DNA from: Eledone cirrhosa
Taxonomy: Eukaryota
DNA length: 64,000 bases
Direction: 5' to 3'
Assembly: GCA_964016885.1 (NCBI GenBank)
Contig: OZ024742.1
Location: 166,780,001 to 166,844,000 of the forward strand
Shown here: in pieces, positions 49,901 through 61,900 of the stretch
Layout of the letters: each line of letters opens with the position of its first letter
Numbering within the stretch: position 1 is the stretch's first letter
Position numbers and translations under genes: made by a program
Notes under the pieces: model-generated
The model's database searches: none
Seen by the model: the letters and a program-made list of their open reading frames with translations, nothing else
Told to the model about the DNA's origin: nothing

Positions 49901-52900
49901 AAAATCAAGGGGAGATAATTTCCAGCTGTCCAAGGGGAGGTAATATCTAGCCGTCCAAGGGGAGATAATTTCCAGCCGTCCAAGGGGAGATAATTTCCAG
50001 CCGTCCAAGGGTAGATAATATCCAGCCGTCCAAGGAGACATATTTTCCAGCCCTCCAAGGAGAGGTAATTTCTAGCCGTCCAAGTGGAGATAAATTCCAG
50101 CCTCCAAGGGGAGATAATTTCCAGCCAGCCAAGGGAAGATAATTTGTAAAAAAATCAGGGGGAGATAATTTGTAAAAAAAATCAGGGGGAGATAATTTGT
50201 AAAAAAAAATCAGGGGGAGATAATTTGTAAAAAAAATCAGGGGGAGATAATTTGTAAAAAAAATCAAGGGGAGATAATTTCCAGCCGTCCAAGGGGAGAT
50301 AATTTTCAGCCGTCCAAGGGGAGATAATTTCCCGCCAGCCAAGGGAAGATAATATTTAAAAAATGAGGCGGAGATAATTTGTAAAAAAAATCAGGGGGAG
50401 ATAATTTGTAAAAAAATCAGGGGGAGATAATTTGTAAAAAAAAATCAGGGGGAGATAATTTGTAAAAAAAATTAGGGGGAGATAATTTGTAAAAAAAAAT
50501 CAGGGGTAGATAATTTGTAAAAAAAAATCAGGGGGAGATAATTTGTAAAAAAAATCAGGGGGAGATAATTTGTAAAAAAAATCAAGGGGAGATAATTTCC
50601 AGCCGTCCAAGGAGAGATAATTTTAAAAAAAAATCAGGCGGAGATAATTTGTAAAAAAAAATCAGGGGGAGATAATTTGTAAAAAAAAATCAGGGGGAGA
50701 TAATTTGTAAAAAAAATCAAGGGGAGATAATTTCCAGCCGTCCAAGGGGAGATAATTTTCAGCCGTCCAAGGGGAGATAATTTCCAGCCGTCCAAGGGGA
50801 GATAATTTTAAAAAAAAAATCAGGCGGAGATAATTTGTAAAAAAAATCAAGGGGAGATAATTTGCAACCGTCCAAGGGGACATAATTTTCAGTCGTCCAA
50901 GGAGAGGTAATTTCTAGCCGTCCAAGGGGAGATAATTTCCAGCCGTCCAAGGGGAGATAATTTCCAGCCGTCCAAGGGGAGATAATTTTTTTTTAAAAAT
51001 CAGGCGGAGATAATTTGTAAAAAAAAAATCAGGGGGAGATAATTTGTAAAAAAAAATCAGGGGGAGATAATTTGTAAAAAAAAATCAGGGGGAGATAATT
51101 TGTAAAAAAAATCAAGGGGAGATAATTTCCAGCCGTCCAAGGGAAGATAATTTCCAGCCCTCCAAGGGGCTATAATTTCCAGCGTCCAAGGGGAGATAAT
51201 TTCCAGCCAGCGAAGGGGAGATAATTGTTTTAAAAAAATCATTGGGAGATTTGTAAAAAAAATCAGGGGGAGATAATTAATAAAAAAAATCAAGGGGAGA
51301 TAATTCCAGCCGTCCAAGGGGAGGTAATATCTAGCCGTCCAAGGGGAGATAATTTCCAGCCGTCCAAGGGGAGATAATTTCCAGCCGTCCAAGGGTAGAT
51401 AATATCCAGCCGTCCAAGGAGACATATTTTCCAGCCGTCCAAGGAGAGGTAATTTCTAGCCGTCCAAGGGGAGATAAATTCCAGCCTCCAAGGGGAGATA
51501 ATTTCCAGCCAGCCAAGGGGAGATAATTTGTAAAAAAATCAGGGGGAGATAATTTGTAAAAAAAGTCAGGGGTAGATAATTTGTAAAAAAAAATCAGGGG
51601 GAGATAATTTGTAAAAAAAAATCAGGGGGAGATAATTTGTAAAAAAGATCAAGGGGAGATAATTTCCAGCCGTCCAAGGAGAGATAATTTTTAAAAAAAA
51701 ATCAGGCGGAGATAATTTGTAAAAAAAAATCAGGGGGAGATAATTTGTAAAAAAAAATAAGGGGGAGATAATTTGTAAAAAAAATCAAGGGGAGATAATT
51801 TCCAGCCGTCCAAGGGGAGATAATTTCCAGCCGTCCAAGGGGAGATAAATTTTTTAAAAAAATCAGGCGGAGATAATTTGTAAAAAAAAATCAGGGGGAG
51901 ATAATTTGTAAAAAAAATCAGGGGGAGATAATTTCCAGCCGTCCAAGGTAAGATAATTTCCAGCCCTCCAAGGGGCTATAATTTCCAGCATCCAAGGGGA
52001 GATAATTTCCAGCCGTCCAAGGGTAGATAATATCCAGCCGTCCAAGTAGACATATTTTCCAGCCGTCCAAGGAGAGGTAATTTCTAGCCGTCCAAGGGGA
52101 GATAAATTCCAGCCTCCAAGGGGAGATAATTTCCAGCCAGCCAAGGGGAGATAATTTGTAAAAAAATCAGGGGGAGATAATTTGTAAAAAAAATCAGGGA
52201 GATAATTTGTAAAAAAAAATCAGGGGGAGATAATTTGTAAAAAAAAATCAGCGGGAGATAATTTCCAGCCGTCCAAGGGGAGATAATTTTCAGCCGTCCA
52301 AGGGTAGATAATATCCAGCCGTCCAAGTAGACATTTTCCAGCCGTCCAAGGAGAGGTAATTTCTAGCCGTCCAAGGGGAGATAAATTCCAGCCTCCAAGG
52401 GGAGATAATTTCCAGCCAGCCAAGGGGAGATAATTTGTAAAAAAATCAGGGGGAGATAATTTGTAAAAAAAATCAGGGGGAGATAATTTGTAAAAAAAAA
52501 TCAGGGGGAGATAATTTGTAAAAAAAAAATCAGGGGGAGATAATTTGTAAAAAAAAATCAGGGGGAGATAATTTGTAAAAAAAATCAAGGGGAGATAATT
52601 TCCAGCCGTCCAAGGGGAGATAATTTTCAGCCGTCCAAGGGGAGATAATTTCCAGACGTCCAAGGGGAGATAATTTCCATCCTTCCAAGGGGAGATAATT
52701 TCCAGCCTTCCAAGGGGAGATAATTTTCAGCCGTCCAAGGGGAGATAATTTCCCGCCAGCCAAGGGAAGATAATATTTTAAAAAATCAGGCGGAGATAAT
52801 TTGTAAAAAAATCAGGGGGAGATAATTTGTAAAAAAAAAATCAGGGGGAGATAATTTGTAAAAAAAATCAGGGGGAGATAATTTGTAAAAAAAAATCAGG

Positions 52901-55900
52901 GGTAGATAATTTGTAAAAAAAAATCAGGGGGAGATAATTTGTAAAAAAAAAATCAGGGGGAGATAATTTGTAAAAAAAATCAAGGGGAGATAATTTCCAG
53001 CCGTCCAAGGAGAGATAATTTTTAAAAAAAATCAGGCGGAGATAATTTGTAAAAAAAAATCAAGGGGAGATAATTTGTAAAAAAAAATCAGGGGGAGATA
53101 ATTTGTACAAAAATCAAGGGGAGATAATTTCCAGCCGTCCAAGGGAAGATAATTTCCAGCACTCCAAGGGGCTATAATTTCCAGTGTCCAAGGGGAGATA
53201 ATTTCCAGCCAGCGAAGGGGAGATAATTTTTTTAAAAAAATCAGGGGGAGATATGTAAAAAAAATCAGAGGGAGATAATTTCTAAAAAAAATCAAAGGGA
53301 GATAATTTCCAGCCGTCCAAAGAGAGATAATTTCTAGCCGTCCAAGGGGAGATAATTTCCAGCCAAGGGGAGATAATTTCCAGCCGTCCAAGGGAAGATA
53401 ATTATTTAAAAAATCAGGTGGAGATAATTTGTAAAAAAAATCAGGGGGAGATAATTTGTAAAAACAAAATCAAGGGCAGATAATTTCCAGCTGTCCAAGG
53501 GGAGATAATTTCCATCCTTCCAAGGGGAGATAATCTCCAGCCGTCCAAGGGGAGATAATTTCCCGCCAGCCAAGGAAAGATAATTTTTAAAAAAATCAGG
53601 CGGAGATTGTAAAAAAAATCAGGGGGAGATAATTTGTAAAAAAATCAGGGGGAGATAATTTGTAAAAAAAAAATCAGGGGAGATAATTTGTAAAAAAAAA
53701 TCAGGGGGAGATAATTTGTAAAAAAAAAATCAGGGGGAGATAATTTGTAAAAAAAATCAGGGGTAGATAATTTATAAAAAAAATCAGGGGGAGATAATTT
53801 GTAAAAAAAAATCAGTGGGAGATAATTTGTAAAAAAATCAAGGGGAGATAATATGCAGCCGTCCAAGGGGAGATAACTTTCAGCCTTCCAAGGAGAGTTA
53901 ATTTCTAGCCGTCCAAGGGGAGATAATTTCCAGCCGTCCAAGGGGAGATAATTTCCAGCCGTCCAAGGGGAGATAGTTTTTTTAAAAAAATCAGGCGGAG
54001 ATAATTTGTAAAAAAAAAATCAGGGGGAGATAATTTGTAAAAAAAAATCAGGGGGAGATAATTTGTAAAAAAAAATCAAGGGGAGATAATTTGTAAAAAA
54101 AATCAGGGGGAGATAATTAGTAAAAAAATCAAGGGGAGATAATTTCCAGCCGTCCAAGGGGAGGTAATATCTAGCCGTCCAAGGGGAGATAATTTCCAGC
54201 CGTCCAAGGGGAGATAATTTCCAGCCGTCCAAGGGTAGATAATATCCAGCCGTCCAAGTAGACATATTTTCCAGCCGTCCAAGGAGAGGTAATTTCTAGC
54301 CGTCCAAGGGGAGATAAATTCCAGCCTCCAAGGGGAGATAATTTCCAGCCAGCCAAGGGGAGATAATTTGTAAAAAAATCAGGGGGAGATCATTTGTAAA
54401 AAAAATCAGGGGGAGATAATTTGTAAAAAAAAATCAGGGGGAGATAATTTGTAAAAAAAAATCAGGGGGAGATAATTTGTAAAAAAAAATCAGGGGGAGA
54501 TAATTTGTAAAAAAAATCAAGGGGAGATAATTTCCAGCCGTCCAAGGGGAGATAATTTCCAGCCGTCCAAGGGGAGGTAATATCTAGCCGTCCAAGGGGA
54601 GATAATTTCCAGCCGTCCAAGAGGAGATAATTTCCAGCCGTCCAAGGGAAGATAATTTCAAGCCCTCCAAGGGGCTATAATTTCCAGTGTCCAAGGGGAG
54701 ATAATTTCCAGCCAGCGAAGGGGAGATAATTTTTTTTTAAAAATCAGGGGGAGATTTGTAAAAAAAATCAGGGGGAGATAATATGTAAAAAAAATCAAGG
54801 GGAGATAATTTCCAGCCGTCGAAGGGAAGATAATTTCCAGCCCTCCAAGGGGCTATAATTTCCAGCGTCCAAGGGGAGATAATTTCCAGCCAGCGAAGGG
54901 GAGATAATTTTTTTAAAAAAATCATTGGGAGATTTGTAAAAAAAATCAGGGAGAGATAATTTGTAAAAAAAATCAAGGGGAGATAATTTCCAGCCGTCCA
55001 AGGGGAGGTAATATCTAGCCGTCCAAGGGGAGATAATTTCCAGCCGTCAAAGGGGAGATAATTTCCAGCCGTCCAAGGGTAGATAATATCCAGCCGTCCA
55101 AGTAGACATTTTCCAGCCGTCCAAGGAGAGGTAATTTCTAGCCGTCCAAGGGGAGATAAATTCCAGCCTCCAAGGGGAGATAATTTCCAGCCAGCCAAGG
55201 GGAGATAATTTGTAAAAAAATCAGGGGGAGATAATTTGTAAAAAAAATCAGGGGGAGATAATTTGTAAAAAAAATCAGGGGGAGATAATTTGTAAAAAAA
55301 AATCAGGGGGAGATAATTTGTAAAAAAAATCAAGGGGAGATAATTTGCAGCCGTCCAAGGGGAGATAATTTTCAGCCGTCCAAGGAGAGGTAATTTCTAG
55401 CCGTCCAAGGTGAGATAATATCCAGCCGTACAAGGGGAGATAATTTAAAAAAAAAAACAGGCGAAGATAATTTGTAAAAAAAAAATCAGGGGGAGATAAT
55501 TTGTAAAAAAAAATCAGGGGGAGATAATTTGTAAAAAAAAATCAGGGGGAGATAATTTGTAAAAAAAATCAAGGGGAGATAATTTCCAGCCGTCCAAGGG
55601 GAGATAATTTCCAGCCGTCCAAGGGGAGATAATTTTTTTAAAAAAATCAGGCGGAGATAATTTGTAAAAAAAATCAGGGGGAGGTAAAAAAAAATCAGGG
55701 GGAGATAATTTGTAAAAAAAAATCAGGGGGAGATAATTTCCAGCCGTCCAAGGTAAGATAATTTCCAGCCCTCCAAGGGGCTATAATTTCCAGCATCCAA
55801 GGGGAGATAATTTCCAGCCGTCCAAGGGTAGATAATATCCAGCCGTCCAAGTAGACATATTTTCCAGCCGTCCAAGGAGAGGTAATTTCTAGCCGTCCAA

Positions 55901-58900
55901 GGGGAGATAAATTCCAGCCTCCAAGGGGAGATAATTTCCAGCCAGCCAAGGGGAGATAATTTGTAAAAAAATCAGGGGGAGATAATTTGTAAAAAAAATC
56001 AGGGGGAGATAATTTGTAAAAAAAAATCAGGGGGAGATAATTTTTTAAAAAAAAATCAGGGGGAGATAATTTGTAAAAAAAAAATCAGGGGGAGATAATT
56101 TGTAAAAAAAATCAGGGGGAGATAATTTGTAAAAAAAAATCAGGGGTAGATAATTTGTAAAAAAAAATCAGGGGGAGATAATTTGTAAAAAAAATCAGGG
56201 GGAGATAATTTGTAAAAAAAATCAAGGGGAGATAATTTCCAGCCGTCCAAGGGAAGATAATTTCAAGCCCTCCAAGGGGCTATAATTTCCAGTGTCCAAG
56301 GGGAGATAATTTCCAGCCAGCGAAGGGGAGATAATTTTTTTTTAAAAATCAGGGGGAGATTTGTAAAAAAAATCAGGGGGAGATAATTTGTAAAAAAAAT
56401 CAAAGGGAGATAATTTCCAGCCGTCCAAAGAGAGATAATTTCTAGCCGTCCAAGGGGAGATAATTTCGAGCCAAGGGGAGATAATTTCCAGCCGTCCAAG
56501 GGGAGATAATTTTTTAAAAAATCAGGTGGAGATAATTTGTAAAAAAAATCAGGGGGAGATAATTTGTAAAAACAAAATTAAGGGCAGATAATTTCCAGCT
56601 GTCCAAGGGGAGATAATTTCCAGCCGTGCAAGGGGAGATAATTTCCAGCCGTCCAAGGGGAGATAATTTCCATCCTTCCAAGGGGAGATAATTTCCAGCC
56701 GTCCAAGGGGAGATAATTTCCCGCCAGCCAAGGGAAGATAATTTTTTAAAAAATCAGGCGGAGATTGTAAAAAAAATCAGGGGGAGATAATTTGTAAAAA
56801 AATCAGGGGGAGATAATTTGTAAAAAAATCAAGGGGAGATAATTTCCAGCTGTCCAAGGGGAGGTAATATCTAGCCGTCCAAGGGGAGATAATTTCCAGC
56901 CGTCCAAGGGGAGATAATTTCCAGCCGTCCAAGGGTAGATAATATCCAGCCGTCCAAGGAGACATATTTTCCAGCCCTCCAAGGAGAGGTAATTTCTAGC
57001 CGTCCAAGTGGAGATAAATTCCAGCCTCCAAGGGGAGATAATTTCCAGCCAGCCAAGGGGAGATAATTTGTAAAAAAATCAGGGGGAGATAATTTGTAAA
57101 AAAAATCAGGGGGAGATAATTTGTAAAAAAAAATCAGGGGGAGATAATTTGTAAAAAAAATCAGGGGGAGATAATTTGTAAAAAAAATCAAGGGGAGATA
57201 ATTTCCAGCCGTCCAAGGGGAGATAATTTTCAGCCGTCCAAGGGGAGATAATTTCCCGCCAGCCAAGGGAAGATAATATTTAAAAAATGAGGCGGAGATA
57301 ATTTGTAAAAAAAATCAGGGGGAGATAATTTGTAAAAAAATCAGGGGGAGATAATTTGTAAAAAAAAATCAGGGGGAGATAATTTGTAAAAAAAATTAGG
57401 GGGAGATAATTTGTAAAAAAAAATCAGGGGTAGATAATTTGTAAAAAAAAATCAGGGGGAGATAATTTGTAAAAAAAATCAGGGGGAGATAATTTGTAAA
57501 AAAAATCAAGGGGAGATAATTTCCAGCCGTCCAAGGAGAGATAATTTAAAAAAAAAATCAGGCGGAGATAATTTGTAAAAAAAAATCAGGGGGAGATAAT
57601 TTGTAAAAAAAAATCAGGGGGAGATAATTTGTAAAAAAAATCAAGGGGAGATAATTTCCAGCCGTCCAAGGGGAGATAATTTTCAGCCGTCCAAGGGGAG
57701 ATAATTTCCAGCCGTCCAAGGGGAGATAATTTAAAAAAAAAATCAGGCGGAGATAATTTGTAAAAAAAATCAAGGGGAGATAATTTGCAACCGTCCAAGG
57801 GGACATAATTTTCAGTCGTCCAAGGAGAGGTAATTTCTAGCCGTCCAAGGGGAGATAATTTCCAGCCGTCCAAGGGGAGATAATTTCCAGCCGTCCAAGG
57901 GGAGATAATTTTTTTTTAAAAATCAGGCGGAGATAATTTGTAAAAAAAAAATCAGGGGGAGATAATTTGTAAAAAAAAATCAGGGGGAGATAATTTGTAA
58001 AAAAAAATCAGGGGGAGATAATTTGTAAAAAAAATCAAGGGGAGATAATTTCCAGCCGTCCAAGGGAAGATAATTTCCAGCCCTCCAAGGGGCTATAATT
58101 TCCAGCGTCCAAGGGGAGATAATTTCCAGCCAGCGAAGGGGAGATAATTGTTTTAAAAAAATCATTGGGAGATTTGTAAAAAAAATCAGGGGGAGATAAT
58201 TAATAAAAAAAATCAAGGGGAGATAATTCCAGCCGTCCAAGGGGAGGTAATATCTAGCCGTCCAAGGGGAGATAATTTCCAGCCGTCCAAGGGGAGATAA
58301 TTTCCAGCCGTCCAAGGGTAGATAATATCCAGCCGTCCAAGGAGACATATTTTCCAGCCGTCCAAGGAGAGGTAATTTCTAGCCGTCCAAGGGGAGATAA
58401 ATTCCAGCCTCCAAGGGGAGATAATTTCCAGCCAGCCAAGGGGAGATAATTTGTAAAAAAATCAGGGGGAGATAATTTGTAAAAAAAGTCAGGGGTAGAT
58501 AATTTGTAAAAAAAAATCAGGGGGAGATAATTTGTAAAAAAAAATCAGGGGGAGATAATTTGTAAAAAAAATCAAGGGGAGATAATTTCCAGCCGTCCAA
58601 GGAGAGATAATTTTTAAAAAAAAATCAGGCGGAGATAATTTGTAAAAAAAAATCAGGGGGAGATAATTTGTAAAGAAAAATAAGGGGGAGATAATTTGTA
58701 AAAGAAATCAAGGGGAGATAATTTCCAGCCGTCCAAGGGGAGATAATTTCCAGCCGTCCAAGGGGAGATAAATTTTTTAAAAAAATCAGGCGGAGATAAT
58801 TTGTAAAAAAAATCAGGGGGAGATAATTTGTAAAAAAAAATCAGGGGGAGATAATTTGTAAAAAAAAATCAGGGGGAGATAATTTCCAGCCGTCCAAGGT

Positions 58901-61900
58901 AAGATAATTTCCAGCCCTCCAAGGGGCTATAATTTCCAGCATCCAAGGGGAGATAATTTCCAGCCGTCCAAGGGTAGATAATATCCAGCCGTCCAAGTAG
59001 ACATATTTTCCAGCCGTCCAAGGAGAGGTAATTTCTAGCCGTCCAAGGGGAGATAAATTCCAGCCTCCAAGGGGAGATAATTTCCAGCCAGCCAAGGGGA
59101 GATAATTTGTAAAAAAATCAGGGGGAGATAATTTGTAAAAAAAATCAGGGAGATAATTTGTAAAAAAAAATCAGGGGGAGATAATTTGTAAAAAAAAATC
59201 AGGGGGAGATAATTTCCAGCCGTCCAAGGGGAGATAATTTTCAGCCGTCCAAGGGTAGATAATATCCAGCCGTCCAAGTAGACATTTTCCAGCCGTCCAA
59301 GGAGAGGTAATTTCTAGCCGTCCAAGGGGAGATAAATTCCAGCCTCCAAGGGGAGATAATTTCCAGCCAGCCAAGGGGAGATAATTTGTAAAAAAATCAG
59401 GGGGAGATAATTTGTAAAAAAAATCAGGGGGAGATAATTTGTAAAAAAAAATCAGGGGGAGATAATTTTTAAAAAAAAAATCAGGGGGAGATAATTTGTA
59501 AAAAAAAATCAGGGGGAGATAATTTGTAAAAAAAATCAAGGGGAGATAATTTCCAGCCGTCCAAGGGGAGATAATTTTCAGCCGTCCAAGGGGAGATAAT
59601 TTCCAGACGTCCAAGGGGAGATAATTTCCATCCTTCCAAGGGGAGATAATTTCCAGCCTTCCAAGGGGAGATAATTTTCAGCCGTCCAAGGGGAGATAAT
59701 TTCCCGCCAGCCAAGGGAAGATAATATTTTAAAAAATCAGGCGGAGATAATTTGTAAAAAAAATCAGGGGGAGATAATTTGTAAAAAAATCAGGGGGAGA
59801 TAATTTGTAAAAAAAAAATCAGGGGGAGATAATTTGTAAAAAAAATCAGGGGGAGATAATTTGTAAAAAAAAATCAGGGGTAGATAATTTGTAAAAAAAA
59901 ATCAGGGGGAGATAATTTGTAAAAAAAAAATCAGGGGGAGATAATTTGTAAAAAAAATCAAGGGGAGATAATTTCCAGCCGTCCAAGGAGAGATAATTTT
60001 TAAAAAAAATCAGGCGGAGATAATTTGTAAAAAAAAATCAAGGGGAGATAATTTGTAAAAAAAAATCAGGGGGAGATAATTTGTAAAAAAATCAAGGGGA
60101 GATAATTTCCAGCCGTCCAAGGGAAGATAATTTCCAGCACTCCAAGGGGCTATAATTTCCAGTGTCCAAGGGGAGATAATTTCCAGCCAGCGAAGGGGAG
60201 ATAATTTTTTTAAAAAAATCAGGGGGAGATATGTAAAAAAAATCAGAGGGAGATAATTTCTAAAAAAAATCAAAGGGAGATAATTTCCAGCCGTCCAAAG
60301 AGAGATAATTTCTAGCCGTCCAAGGGGAGATAATTTCCAGCCAAGGGGAGATAATTTCCAGCCGTCCAAGGGGAGATAATTATTTAAAAAATCAGGTGGA
60401 GATAATTTGTAAAAAAAATCAGGGGGAGATAATTTGTAAAAACAAAATCAAGGGCAGATAATTTCCAGCTGTCCAAGGGGAGATAATTTCCAGCCGTGCA
60501 AGGGGAGATAATTTCCAGCCGTCCAAGGGGAGATAATTTCCATCCTTCCAAGGGGAGATAATCTCCAGCCGTCCAAGGGGAGATAATTTCCCGCCAGCCA
60601 AGGGAAGATAATTTTTAAAAAAATCAGGCGGAGATTGTAAAAAAAATCAGGGGGAGATAATTTGTAAAAAAATCAGGGGGAGATAATTTGTAAAAAAAAA
60701 ATCAGGGGAGATAATTTGTAAAAAAAAATCAGGGGGAGATAATTTGTAAAAAAAAAATCAGGGGGAGATAATTTGTAAAAAAAATCAGGGGTAGATAATT
60801 TGTAAAAAAAAATCAGGGGGAGATAATTTGTAAAAAAAAATCAGTGGGAGATAATTTGTAAAAAAATCAAGGGGAGATAATATGCAGCCGTCCAAGGGGA
60901 GATAATTTTCAGCCGTCCAAGGAGAGTTAATTTCTAGCCGTCCAAGGGGAGATAATTTCCAGCCGTCCAAGGGGAGATAATTTCCAGCCGTCCAAGGGGA
61001 GATAGTTTTTTTAAAAAAATCAGGCGGAGATAATTTGTAAAAAAAAAATCAGGGGGAGATAATTTGTAAAAAAAAATCAGGGGGAGATAATTTGTAAAAA
61101 AAAATCAAGGGGAGATAATTTGTAAAAAAAATCAGGGGGAGATAATTAGTAAAAAAATCAAGGGGAGATAATTTCCAGCCGTCCAAGGGGAGGTAATATC
61201 TAGCCGTCCAAGGGGAGATAATTTCCAGCCGTCCAAGGGGAGATAATTTCCAGCCGTCCAAGGGTAGATAATATCCAGCCGTCCAAGTAGACATATTTTC
61301 CAGCCGTCCAAGGAGGGGTAATTTCTAGCCGTCCAAGGGGAGATAAATTCCAGCCTCCAAGGGGAGATAATTTCCAGCAAGCCAAGGGGAGATAATTTGT
61401 AAAAAAATCAGGGGGAGATAATTTGTAAAAAAAATCAGGGGGAGATAATTTGTAAAAAAAAATCAGGGGGAGATAATTTGTAAAAAAAATCAGGGGGAGA
61501 TAATTTGTAAAAAAAAATCAGGGGGAGATAATTTGTAAAAAAAAATCAGGGGGAGATAATTTGTAAAAAAAAATCAGGGGGAGATAATTTGTAAAAAAAA
61601 TCAAGGGGAGATAATTTCCAGCCGTCCAAGGGGAGATAATTTCCAGCCGTCCAAGGGGAGGTAATATCTAGCCGTCCAAGGGGAGATAATTTCCAGCCGT
61701 CCAAGAGGAGATAATTTCCAGCCGTCCAAGGGAAGATAATTTCAAGCCCTCCAAGGGGCTATAATTTCCAGTGTCCAAGGGGAGATAATTTCCAGCCAGC
61801 GAAGGGGAGATAATTTTTTTTTAAAAATCAGGGGGAGATTTGTAAAAAAAATCAGGGGGAGATAATTTGTAAAAAAAATCAAGGGGAGATAATTTCCAGC